UHGV virus genome: UHGV-0045963
Strand: one strand, 5' to 3'
DNA length: 41,161 nt
Origin: a virus
In this document: in pieces, positions 27,737 through 36,256 of the stretch
Layout: every line of letters begins with the position of its first letter
How positions within the stretch are numbered: the stretch's first letter is position 1
Program-made: the position numbers and the translations under genes
The notes under the pieces: generated by a model
What the model was told of the DNA's origin: nothing
Databases searched by the model: none
The model's input: only the letters and a program-made list of their open reading frames with translations

Positions 27737-28111
27737 ATGAACGACCAGCAAATCGAAAAAGAAATCGTTGAGAAAGGCAAAACCGCTCCGCGTGTAACAC
27801 CCGAGAAAATTGAAGGCCTCATTTGCAGTGAGCATTTTTTCACTGCTGCGCAGGGTGACCACCAGGCTAAAGAAGATGACCTTATTTATAATCCGGAGCC
27901 TTATGTCGAAGCCACCCCTGATGCTCTGCACCTTCTCACTTTCTGCGTATTGGTACTGAAGAATGGCTTCACCGTTACCGGAGAGAGTGCCTGTGCAAGC
28001 CCGGAAAACTTTGATGCAGAAATTGGTCGGAAGATTGCCCGGCAGAATGCTGTAAACAAAATCTGGATGCTCGAAGGTTACTTGCTGAAGCAGAAGTTAA
28101 GCGAGCAATAA
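27737..28111 (+). CDS. hypothetical 124-aa protein (moron-type gene next to the tRNA)
   Basis: RBS AAGGTG; opposite strand to the surrounding virion genes; no family recognised. Confidence 0.6.
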   Translation: MNDQQIEKEIVEKGKTAPRVTPEKIEGLICSEHFFTAAQGDHQAKEDDLIYNPEPYVEATPDALHLLTFCVLVLKNGFTVTGESACASPENFDAEIGRKIARQNAVNKIWMLEGYLLKQKLSEQ

Positions 28112-28132
28112 CACCGTGACATGTCACAAACA

Positions 28133-28160
28133 GCCAGCCGATGAGCTGGCTTTGTTTTAT
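28133..28160. terminator. terminator in the convergent region between 27737..28111 and the terminase large subunit
   Basis: Stem GCCAGC / GCTGGC with loop CGATGA followed by TTTGTTTTAT. Confidence 0.55.
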
Positions 28161-28201
28161 CCTCACCAGAGGATATCAGCAGTATTATCCCCACCAGCGG
28201 A

Positions 28202-29677
28202 TTAAGCATAAGGGTCATAATCCGTTATGGCCCTTCCCTGCTGGCTTTGCTGTCCAGGTATATTTATGCGTTTCGAGACCGGGAAAGCAAACGTCAGCAG
28301 TAGCGCATCGCCTTTACCAGGAGAACGCCCAAGTCGCTCTTTGATATCTTCCTTCGGTTCGATAACGATTTTACCGTCCACTCGAACTTTGTACTCTGCC
28401 GCCGACAGGTCGTCTGCTGTTTCCTGGTCATCCAGCATGCCGCCCAGCCTCAGCCATGTCTTGCATGAATTGAACATCTCCCCACGCTTGTTGAGCATCT
28501 GCGGGTCAGTAGACGCGCCACCGAACGGAACAAGTTGCCATGTACGACCCCAGCCGTCACCGATTGACTTCAAACCGGTTCCGTAACCGAAGTCGATGAA
28601 CACCGCGTCAGCCTGATACTGGTCTTCAAAGTCAGCGATACGCTTCGCCATAATCAGATCGTCGGTAGTCTTGTTGCCAGTCCACAGCACCTTACTGTGT
28701 AGCCCCTGCCGCAGGTATATCACAGCGTCATCAACGCCGGAGTATGCCGGGTCAACGCCGATTATCACCGGAGCATGTGCAACCTGCGCAGCGGTTACCA
28801 CCCGTTTCATTGCCTCGTCAGTAAGACCGGTAGGGATAAACTGCAATTCAGATGCATCAGGGAATATGCCACGCACACGGATTTTAACGAAGTCGCTGTC
28901 TTCCCCGTAGTCATCAACCCATTTCTGCAACTGCTGTTTGTTAGTGCCTTCCACCGTCCGGCTGTCAATCTGCGCAGTTTTCCAGCGGTGTTTATATTTG
29001 CGGAAACATTCGCGAAAACGCCCGGTGTTACGTGTAGGGTTTCCGAACGCCACCCAGATAATCTCAGTGTCTTCGTCCGTAAGCGCACCCTCGGCAACTT
29101 CCCACACCAGATCCGCAATGTTCGACGCTTCATCAAACACCACGATGATGCGTTTGCGCTCGTTGTGTAGTCCGGCGAATGCCTCGGTGTTGTGCTCAGA
29201 CCAGGGTATTGCGTCAGCCCGCCACCGCTTGTCGTGCCCTAGGTCATTGCTGTACATCGCGGTAGCGGTACAGGTAAACCAGTCTTTCGTGATAGCAAGG
29301 TTCGACCACTTGATAATTTCCGGCCAGGTCTTCGTTCGTAGCTGGTTGTCGGTGTTGGCGGTCACCACGACCTTACAATCCTCGCAAGTGGACATGCCCC
29401 AGTTGATCAGCATTGAGATGAATGCGGATTTACCAATACCGTGACCAGAAGCGCGTGCCAGCATAAGCGGCTGATAGCGCGTCTCTGGATTCTGCAGGTG
29501 ATCACGTATCTCTCGGAACGCATCAGCCTGCCACTGACGTGGGCCGGTGGCATGTGCCAGTTCAGTCCCCTCTTCCCCCCATGGGAACGCATAGAGGGCA
29601 TAGCCAAGCGGATCGTGAGTGAACCCTGCAATATCCTCGATTAACTGCTCTTCAGGAGATAACGCTGTATCTGTCAC
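28202..29677 (-). CDS. terminase large subunit
   Basis: Walker A-like ASGHGIGKS, Walker B-like IIVVFDEAS, C-terminal nuclease-type acidic motifs; GTG start overlapping the small-subunit stop (GTGA). Confidence 0.9.
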   Translation of the reverse strand: MTDTALSPEEQLIEDIAGFTHDPLGYALYAFPWGEEGTELAHATGPRQWQADAFREIRDHLQNPETRYQPLMLARASGHGIGKSAFISMLINWGMSTCEDCKVVVTANTDNQLRTKTWPEIIKWSNLAITKDWFTCTATAMYSNDLGHDKRWRADAIPWSEHNTEAFAGLHNERKRIIVVFDEASNIADLVWEVAEGALTDEDTEIIWVAFGNPTRNTGRFRECFRKYKHRWKTAQIDSRTVEGTNKQQLQKWVDDYGEDSDFVKIRVRGIFPDASELQFIPTGLTDEAMKRVVTAAQVAHAPVIIGVDPAYSGVDDAVIYLRQGLHSKVLWTGNKTTDDLIMAKRIADFEDQYQADAVFIDFGYGTGLKSIGDGWGRTWQLVPFGGASTDPQMLNKRGEMFNSCKTWLRLGGMLDDQETADDLSAAEYKVRVDGKIVIEPKEDIKERLGRSPGKGDALLLTFAFPVSKRINIPGQQSQQGRAITDYDPYA

Positions 29678-30270
29678 TGATTGCCATCCTGACGTTCTTT
29701 CAGTCTCTTCCTGGCTGCCGCTATGCGATCAGCAATTGTCACATTCACATTAACATCCAGGCGTTCTTTGAATGCGTTGACGTCGACGTGCTTACCAATC
29801 AGTTCGAGGTTCTTCACCTTGTCAGGCCATTTAATTTTTTTGAGGATTGTCTCTATCGAATCCTCGTTCATGTTCATGATGGTCGATGACAGATCAAAGC
29901 CACTAAGCGTAGTGCGCCAGATTTTCGGCCACTCGCGGATTGGCTTAAGGCTCCCATCGTCGTTGAGGATGTCGATCACGTCCATCTGGTCGATCTCCAC
30001 CAGGCGCATGAGAACGTAATCAGCACTGACGCGCATTCGTTTGTTGCGCTCTTCCATCAGCTCGGCAATCCGTTTTTGAATGCGTTCATCGCGCATCATG
30101 AGACTGGCTTTAACTGCCGCTGTATTTGGGGAGAATCCTGCGTTAATCGCAGCCTGAGTCTGGTTTTCAGGCGTTTGGATGTATGACTGGCAATAAGCCT
30201 CCTGCATTGCTGTTAGTGGCTTAAATTGCGTTGATTTGCGTTTATAGGTTTTAGGTTCAGCAGGCATCAT
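29674..30270 (-). CDS. terminase small subunit
   Basis: About 198 aa from the first in-frame ATG (track start is TTG); basic helical N-terminal region; coupled to the large subunit. Confidence 0.65.
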   Translation of the reverse strand: MMPAEPKTYKRKSTQFKPLTAMQEAYCQSYIQTPENQTQAAINAGFSPNTAAVKASLMMRDERIQKRIAELMEERNKRMRVSADYVLMRLVEIDQMDVIDILNDDGSLKPIREWPKIWRTTLSGFDLSSTIMNMNEDSIETILKKIKWPDKVKNLELIGKHVDVNAFKERLDVNVNVTIADRIAAARKRLKERQDGNQ

Positions 30271-30344
30271 AACCACCGTGGTAATAGTTACCGTTGTGGT
30301 AATAGTACCATGCAAAATAAAGCCGCCATAGTTGGCGGCAGTAT

Positions 30345-30557
30345 TCAAAGTCCATCAAATTCATCGTAAAAACTCTCGTCAAGATACCCTTCCCATTTAC
30401 CGCGAATGAAAATTACATCCTCGCCGCAAGGGTGCTGACTGTCGATAACTATATCCCTCCTGGCGCAACCATACTTATGCATGAGAAATTTAACCTCTTT
30501 CGGAAAATTTGCTGAGTTATCTCTCATATCTTCAAGGTCGTAGCGTATTTTTGGCAT
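30345..30557 (-). CDS. hypothetical small protein
   Basis: 70 aa from the internal ATG; the track start is GTG inside the 12-bp palindrome. Confidence 0.4.
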   Translation of the reverse strand: MPKIRYDLEDMRDNSANFPKEVKFLMHKYGCARRDIVIDSQHPCGEDVIFIRGKWEGYLDESFYDEFDGL

Positions 30558-30574
30558 AACACCTTCGTGACATG

Positions 30575-30913
30575 TCACACTATTAATTTCGTTTCATGCC
30601 AGCCTTTAGTCACCCAGCATTGCGAGTCACCATTACACGGGCATGAATTAACGGGAACTCTCTCGCCGCACTTACCGCAAAGTTTTCTGCTGATCGATTT
30701 TATACGCCCGCGCACACGTGCATCATCCTGGCGGATCAGCAGCGCGATGTACTCGGCCATTTCATAGGGATCGTGACCAGGGCGCCGGGCGGCGCAGTTC
30801 CGCGCCAGCATTTCCTGCTCCTGCTTATCCAGCACCAGTTCAATTTTGCGCTCACCGGCGGCGGACTGCCGAGCGCGCTGCGCGGCTTTGCGCTCTGCTG
30901 CTGATTTAGCCAT
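30575..30913 (-). CDS. small basic protein with C-terminal Cys-rich zinc-ribbon-like motif
   Basis: N-terminal MAKSAAERKAAQRARQ; C-terminal CGKCGERVPVNSCPCNGDSQC; RBS AAGGTG. Confidence 0.5.
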   Translation of the reverse strand: MAKSAAERKAAQRARQSAAGERKIELVLDKQEQEMLARNCAARRPGHDPYEMAEYIALLIRQDDARVRGRIKSISRKLCGKCGERVPVNSCPCNGDSQCWVTKGWHETKLIV

Positions 30914-31187
30914 CAATATTCACCTTTATAGCGAACACCTTTACCGGTTTATCGCCGAAGTGCGGATGTGTGATTGTCTTGATTTCATATCCGTCATACG
31001 GGACGTCAATTCTGCGGCTGGAATCGTCGCGCTTCGGATATCCCTTTGTGATAATCAGGCGGTCATACTCGCGGAACATAATTCGCTTATTCCAGTAGTC
31101 ATTACACAGGCGATACTCTTCCGTTTTCTCTCCGCGAATCATGGCATCGAAGTATTCACCTTTAACGGCAAGTTGCAGGTTAGCCAC
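30906..31187 (-). CDS. hypothetical protein, possibly PUA/ASCH-like
   Basis: 93 aa; GTG start with strong RBS AAGGAGG; the family assignment is from memory only. Confidence 0.45.
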   Translation of the reverse strand: MANLQLAVKGEYFDAMIRGEKTEEYRLCNDYWNKRIMFREYDRLIITKGYPKRDDSSRRIDVPYDGYEIKTITHPHFGDKPVKVFAIKVNIDG

Positions 31188-31464
31188 GACCTTCCTCCTT
31201 TGGCTTGTGAATTTGTATCGTCATGCCGCTTTGAGTGGTGACTACAACGACAGAACCAGGCTGAAGACTGTTAAGATTGAATGCTTCGTAAAACGAAGCC
31301 AAGGCCAGCGCTTTTTTATTCTTTCGGTTCCACCAACGCCATCCATTGCTACAGGCTACACTGACAATCCACTGTCCACTCCTGTAAGCCATATAAAACC
31401 AGATGAGCAAAACCTGAATGAATGCTATCCAGTCAATAATCGTATATTTCGCGAAGGAGACCAT
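31180..31464 (-). CDS. small membrane protein
   Basis: N-terminal TM (IIDWIAFIQVLLIWFYMAY); ATG overlaps the upstream stop by 1 nt. Confidence 0.45.
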   Translation of the reverse strand: MVSFAKYTIIDWIAFIQVLLIWFYMAYRSGQWIVSVACSNGWRWWNRKNKKALALASFYEAFNLNSLQPGSVVVVTTQSGMTIQIHKPKEEGRG

Positions 31465-32213
31465 CAATTAACCTCCTGCGGCGGTTCCGGTAGAGGCATC
31501 CAGTACAAGGCGTTCCCTAACCACGATAAAGTGCCGTCGCTCAACTCCACGTATTCCCCTTGTACCTGTCCTGCCATATACTCGCCGTGCTTTGAATAAA
31601 TTAAAATCCAATCATCTTGAGCGGGCATTCGCTCACTACAGCTTATCCAACCATCCGGAGTTACCGGATAGTTGCCAGCCTGAACAGTAGGCATATCAGG
31701 ACCTTTGCGAATCGCCCTGGCAAGATCGATTGGGTCGTCGTACAACCAGTCACCTGTTTGCGGATGATTGGCTTCTGCCAATTGTGCAGCCCACTCCAGG
31801 CCGTCTTTGTGTCCTTGCAGATAGTCCAGCGGTAACTCATCACTATTACTTACAGGTTCGGCCTGAAGCATGGCGGCGCGGCAGGCGTTCCAGCCTCTCA
31901 CCTCTGCAATAGCGGCAACAGCATCGACCGCGTACATTTTAAGAGGGTTAGGCATTGGTTTTTCTTCAGGTACTACTGGCACTGGAGGGGCGGCATAAAC
32001 AGGAATAACGTCCGATTGCTCTTTATTGCTTTCATCCGTCAAAGCCCAGAATAATTTCCCGGCCGGATGTTTGAAAATATAAGCAACTGGATCTGCTTCC
32101 AGCGATGCCAGTGCAATTTCATAAGCCCGGCGTTCAATATTGTCTCGAACGTCCAGGCTGCTGATACGCTCTTTGATTTCTTTAATCAGTTCTTTGTCGG
32201 TAAAAGTAGTCAT
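31464..32213 (-). CDS. DUF551-like domain protein (nin-region type)
   Basis: C-terminal GWISCSERMPAQDDWILIY...WMPLPEPP resembles the DUF551 module common in lambdoid prophages; RBS GAGGA. Confidence 0.55.
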   Translation of the reverse strand: MTTFTDKELIKEIKERISSLDVRDNIERRAYEIALASLEADPVAYIFKHPAGKLFWALTDESNKEQSDVIPVYAAPPVPVVPEEKPMPNPLKMYAVDAVAAIAEVRGWNACRAAMLQAEPVSNSDELPLDYLQGHKDGLEWAAQLAEANHPQTGDWLYDDPIDLARAIRKGPDMPTVQAGNYPVTPDGWISCSERMPAQDDWILIYSKHGEYMAGQVQGEYVELSDGTLSWLGNALYWMPLPEPPQEVN

Positions 32214-32216
32214 GTG

Positions 32217-32504
32217 TTAGTCCTCATCCACTTCAACGCCATCTTTCAGCGTGATGCCGTGCCAATCATCAGCCCAACTGGTTAGCCCTGGCGCATCAAT
32301 GCTAGGCATATAAACGCTTGCAGTGTGGTAGCCCTTATCGTTATCAATGCTGGCAACGTGCTCGCCGTTGTATGCGCTCAGCGTGTCCAGGACGCTATAA
32401 AACTTTCCTCCGGCTGCCCTGAAATCCTTTACAGCCTTCACAAGGCGATTCCACGCTTTTTCCTGTTCTGGCGTCAGGTCGATTAATTCCTGCAAAGTTG
32501 CCAT
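32217..32504 (-). CDS. hypothetical protein
   Basis: 95 aa from the ATG with strong RBS AAGGAG; the track start is TTG. Confidence 0.45.
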   Translation of the reverse strand: MATLQELIDLTPEQEKAWNRLVKAVKDFRAAGGKFYSVLDTLSAYNGEHVASIDNDKGYHTASVYMPSIDAPGLTSWADDWHGITLKDGVEVDED

Positions 32505-32505
32505 A

Positions 32506-33162
32506 TCACTCTCCTTTGATGCCAATGTTTACAGCCTGACAAGCCTCTTTGAGCACCCAGTCAACAGCGTCTTTCCATGCTCCGGTTTCGACTGGCGGAT
32601 TTTCACGCTTAACCTGTTCATAGAAGCGCACTGCTTTAACCAGTCCTTCCGGTACTACTGGCGATGGTTGTTTAGCTTCTAAATCAGCAATTCTGTCAAC
32701 CACGACATCTACGGCATCTGAAAAGCCGAACCAGTTACTCCACTCCGGCCTATCCCCGGTTGCTGCAAAGTACATATCAGCTAAAGCAGACTCAGCATGG
32801 TCACGCTCATCGATGAGTTGCTCTTCGCTTTTCTCCAGTTCAGCAATACGCTTACTCCCATCCGAGATAACACCTTCGTAATACTCACGCTGCTCGTTGA
32901 GTTTTGATTTTGTCTCCTCAAGCTCAACTCTCAGCTTCCCTACCGTTAGCGCAATATCCTCGTTCTCCTGGTCGCGGCGTTTGATGTATTGCTGGTTTCT
33001 TTCCAGTTCATCCAGCAGTGCCAGCGCGATATCTGGCGAAAAGTGCTTCATAAAATCGTTAAGCGCATTAATTCGCTGATCGAAGGGCATTACAGGTGCT
33101 TCACCAGCAATTTTTGTTTTTTCAGCGATTTCACGAAGCTTTTGATAATCAATCTTGCTCAC
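32506..33162 (-). CDS. coiled-coil protein, possibly Ea22-like
   Basis: 218 aa, charged helical central region; GTG start with strong RBS AAGGAGG overlapping the upstream stop. Confidence 0.45.
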   Translation of the reverse strand: MSKIDYQKLREIAEKTKIAGEAPVMPFDQRINALNDFMKHFSPDIALALLDELERNQQYIKRRDQENEDIALTVGKLRVELEETKSKLNEQREYYEGVISDGSKRIAELEKSEEQLIDERDHAESALADMYFAATGDRPEWSNWFGFSDAVDVVVDRIADLEAKQPSPVVPEGLVKAVRFYEQVKRENPPVETGAWKDAVDWVLKEACQAVNIGIKGE

Positions 33163-33677
33163 TGGTTGCCTCCTTTGCGAAGCTGGGCAGCAAAGTCAAC
33201 TAACCACTCAGTCATTTCAACCTTCCCTACCAGGTCTGAACCAGGGTGCATACAGCAATCACTCTGCGCCGCTTTGAAATCCTTATACTCATATTCTTGG
33301 GCCACCAGATTTTTTGCAGCTTCTATAGCAGCATCCACCCCCTGCGCCCGCACTTCAGACAGGAAAGCATCGGTGGCTGGCATATTTCCTGTTGCCTTCA
33401 TTGCCTCCAAAATAACCAGAACGCCATCTCGCCCAATCTCCTCGCAGATAACCTCGGTGCTGTCGCCAACAACATCGCAAAATGCCTGAACTGCTTTACG
33501 AGCCAGCGCATTCTCCGCAGCCAGCGCATTAGCACGCACCAGTTGCACTTCCAGTTGCGTTGCCAAATAGCTGATCAGCTTTGCCACACTGCGCATATCA
33601 ACGGCACCACATTCTGCTTTCAGTTCCGAAGCCATCTCATGCCCGGCGGCAACTAACCCTTTGATATTACTTTCCAT
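33159..33677 (-). CDS. hypothetical helical protein
   Basis: 172 aa; RBS GAGGG. Confidence 0.45.
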   Translation of the reverse strand: MESNIKGLVAAGHEMASELKAECGAVDMRSVAKLISYLATQLEVQLVRANALAAENALARKAVQAFCDVVGDSTEVICEEIGRDGVLVILEAMKATGNMPATDAFLSEVRAQGVDAAIEAAKNLVAQEYEYKDFKAAQSDCCMHPGSDLVGKVEMTEWLVDFAAQLRKGGNQ

Positions 33678-33738
33678 CTTTACCCTCGCTTATCCACATA
33701 ACTTATTGATTACATTGATAACTAAAAAGATCGTCGAT

Positions 33739-34086
33739 TCAGAACTCTTCGATGTTCCAGCCACCACCTGCTTTCTTTGGCTTAACCGTTACCCCGATGA
33801 TTCGGAACGGATACTGATCTGCGGCGACTTTGGTTTTCACTCTGGCGTCATCGGTCCAGAATCCCCCTTTCACTTCGTGCAGTTCCATCTCGCCGGTGGC
33901 GAGCATCACAGCAAAATCTGGCGTATAGAACGTGTTGTCAGCTAACCGCAGCTTGATACCCTCAAATCGATACCAGACGATTTCTCCTGCACGTTTACGC
34001 AGCTCAAGGTGCTGGCAATACGCAGATTCTGTTTTGTTCATCTGGCCTGTTTTGAGTCGACCAAGAGCCTGCATCTGTTTTCTCAT
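33739..34086 (-). CDS. putative PD-(D/E)XK-type nuclease (VRR-NUC/DUF1064-like)
   Basis: Motifs TPDF ... ELHEVKG consistent with a PD-(D/E)XK core; first gene after the terminator that follows the P-like gene. Confidence 0.5.
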   Translation of the reverse strand: MRKQMQALGRLKTGQMNKTESAYCQHLELRKRAGEIVWYRFEGIKLRLADNTFYTPDFAVMLATGEMELHEVKGGFWTDDARVKTKVAADQYPFRIIGVTVKPKKAGGGWNIEEF

Positions 34087-34088
34087 GA

Positions 34089-34105
34089 TTTACCCCTTAG
34101 GTAAT
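34089..34105. promoter_or_regulatory. operator-like palindrome TTTACCCCTTAGGTAAT
   Basis: TTACC-N5-GGTAA directly upstream of the 34086 start codon. Confidence 0.5.
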
Positions 34106-34150
34106 TAAAAACCACATAAGACACGAAATCAATAGATTTTAGAATATTTT

Positions 34151-34167
34151 ATTACCTCTAAGGTAAT
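34151..34167. promoter_or_regulatory. operator-like palindrome ATTACCTCTAAGGTAAT
   Basis: Perfect inverted repeat 46 bp from the previous site. Confidence 0.6.
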
Positions 34168-34203
34168 TATCGAGACGTAAAAAAATGCGCTATCGCGCTG
34201 GTA

Positions 34204-34986
34204 TTACTTGATAAATCCTGACGCCTTTCCCCGCCTGTATTCCTCCATCAGCCACTGCGCCGGTGTTATTCCCCCAAGGGTGGCGGCGTTAGGCATGCAC
34301 CCGAAACTTCGCCCTGGTGGATGGTAAACGTCTCTCCCTGTGTCCGGAGGCGTACTCATGGGTTCTGGCTTTGCCTGTATGCTGATCACCGGATCGGGTA
34401 TCTGCTGTCCGGAAGCCACCTTTTTCGCCCAATCATCGAGCAGCCTGCGCGCGTGTTTCTCAACCTCAATCTCGCTAAGCTGGCGCTGATACATTGCACG
34501 GCGGGTATCACATACGACCCAGTACATAACCGGATGTCGCCACGGGAATCTTTCGGGACCACCAGGATATAAACTTTTTTCCTTGCTGTACCGGTGAAAC
34601 TCCGCCATCACATCGTCAATGGTGACGCCAAGAACCATCTTGCTGTCTTTACACCACTTGATGAATTGCCCTGGCGACGGCCAGAACGGAGACTCACTGG
34701 CGCGGGCGTGGCGCATACCAGCGTTAACCTGTTCCATTGTTGTGATCCCATTCTCCAGAAACGCAAGCATCCATTGTTTTCGAAATTCGTTTAGCTTTCC
34801 TTGCTCGCTGATAGCAGCGATGCTGCCTGGAAATGCAGCCTGTAACTGGACAAACATTTCGTTGAAAATTCTTGCAACCTGCTCCTTCTTTGCCCTTTCA
34901 TCGTCAGCAGAAGCAACCGCCGTCGAGTGGTCATGCCCACCACGAAAGCGATCGTACTCATTAAGAAGTTCTGGAGTTGATTTCAT
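34204..34986 (-). CDS. replication protein P-like (replicative helicase loader)
   Basis: Clear similarity to lambda P in the region FRKQWMLAFLENGITTMEQVNAGMRHARA...PFWPSPGQFIKWCKD; follows the O-like gene; the longer track ORF starts at 34998. Confidence 0.85.
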   Translation of the reverse strand: MKSTPELLNEYDRFRGGHDHSTAVASADDERAKKEQVARIFNEMFVQLQAAFPGSIAAISEQGKLNEFRKQWMLAFLENGITTMEQVNAGMRHARASESPFWPSPGQFIKWCKDSKMVLGVTIDDVMAEFHRYSKEKSLYPGGPERFPWRHPVMYWVVCDTRRAMYQRQLSEIEVEKHARRLLDDWAKKVASGQQIPDPVISIQAKPEPMSTPPDTGRDVYHPPGRSFGCMPNAATLGGITPAQWLMEEYRRGKASGFIK

Positions 34987-35794
34987 CCCACACCTCATCT
35001 ATCCAGTCAGTGTTATGCCAGTCAAGGCTCTTTCTGACTTCACCTGATTTCTGTCTACAGAACTGGATGCGCCTTGCCAGCTTCTGCTCCCACTGTGCCT
35101 GATGGTATGCCTTACCCTCAGCCATCCAGTAAATTCTGAACTCTGCAAGTTCCTGTGCCGTTGGCAGACTGTCCAGGTAGATTCCCTGCAATGAGCTTTT
35201 CCGAAGAAAGTCATCTGATGGCTGCCATTGTTCATGCATGACAAATTTGCCTAATTGCCCTGGCCCACCAGGAGGAACAAAGTTATTCATCACGGCGTTG
35301 TTTGCGCCGGGGTCATGAGGCACAGAATCCCCGGTTTTTGTCCTGCTCTCCCTCTCTTGGTTAAATGACTGGTTATATGACTGGTTCTGGATCCCGTTTT
35401 TGGGATCATTCAACATCCCGTTTTTGGGATCATTCAACATCCCGTTTTTGGGTATATTCCCGTTTTCGGTAACATTACCGTTTTCGGGTTCATTGCCCCC
35501 CTCCCGGTTGCCTTTAATGTTCCCGTTTTTGGTTATATTAAGAGAGAAAACCCGCACTCTTTTTGTCGCTCCCTTTCTCTCTCCGGTATCTGAAATAAGC
35601 CCCATTTTCATGAGCGATATAAGCCCGGCCTGCACGGTTTTTTTATTCAGGCAAGTGTCTTTAACGAGGCGTTCTATGCTGGGGTAGCAGAGGTTATATT
35701 CATCGGCTCTGTCAGCCATCGAGAGCAGTATGAGCTTTAATGATGAGCTACCTGGATCTGTCTCCCAGGCCCAATCTGTTGCATGTCTGCTCAT
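34961..35794 (-). CDS. replication initiator (lambda O-like role) with iterons inside the gene
   Basis: N-terminal winged-helix-like DNA-binding region; Asn/Gly/Pro-rich repetitive linker encoded by the iterons; followed by the P-like gene. Confidence 0.75.
   Translation of the reverse strand: MSRHATDWAWETDPGSSSLKLILLSMADRADEYNLCYPSIERLVKDTCLNKKTVQAGLISLMKMGLISDTGERKGATKRVRVFSLNITKNGNIKGNREGGNEPENGNVTENGNIPKNGMLNDPKNGMLNDPKNGIQNQSYNQSFNQERESRTKTGDSVPHDPGANNAVMNNFVPPGGPGQLGKFVMHEQWQPSDDFLRKSSLQGIYLDSLPTAQELAEFRIYWMAEGKAYHQAQWEQKLARRIQFCRQKSGEVRKSLDWHNTDWIDEVWDEINSRTS
35391..35539. repeat. origin-type iterons (at least six copies of the core CCCGTTTT(T/C)GG)
   Basis: Three 24-bp-phased copies of ATCCCGTTTTTGGGATCATTCAAC-like units, then shorter 18-19-bp-phased copies, followed by a lower-GC stretch; all inside the initiator gene as in ori-lambda. 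Confidence 0.7.
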
Positions 35795-35809
35795 GATTAA
35801 TCTCCGCTA

Positions 35810-36010
35810 TCAGCTTGAGTGTTGTGGGGAGGAATTAATCATGATCTGCTTAATCTCTGCCCTGATGCGACGGTTTGATTCCATGGTGCACTCAACACAG
35901 TGTCCGTTGTAAACCCAGCGTTCACTGTCATGTCCATGCTTACATGGTTTTCCGGTGTAGTAGCGTTTAAGTCCGCGCTTTGCGGCATCAATACGTGTAA
36001 TGATTTCCAT
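35810..36010 (-). CDS. small Cys/His-containing protein in the cII-equivalent position, unknown function
   Basis: 66 aa from the ATG with RBS; contains C-x-H-G-H ... C-V-E-C; the longer track ORF runs to 36073. Confidence 0.4.
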   Translation of the reverse strand: MEIITRIDAAKRGLKRYYTGKPCKHGHDSERWVYNGHCVECTMESNRRIRAEIKQIMINSSPQHSS

Positions 36011-36089
36011 GGTAAGCCCTGTTATTAGTATTGGGATTACGGTCATTTTGTGCTGACACAAAAAAAAGATCAACCAGATTTGGTTTTTT

Positions 36090-36106
36090 ATTACCTTTGA
36101 GGTACG
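36090..36106. promoter_or_regulatory. operator-like site ATTACCTTTGAGGTACG
   Basis: Left half perfect, right half GGTAC; lies 19 bp from the artificial homopolymer/gap. Confidence 0.4.
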
Positions 36107-36124
36107 AATAGATATGAAAAGAAA

Positions 36125-36232
<108 letters not shown>

Positions 36233-36256
36233 TCTACAGAGGGTTGTAGCTGGATA

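Noticed and set aside
29674-30348. Long form of the small terminase starting at TTG 30348
   Set aside because: The N-terminal extension is an unusual Thr/Ile/Val run encoded by the direct repeats; the first in-frame ATG at 30270 is preferred, though its RBS is weak.
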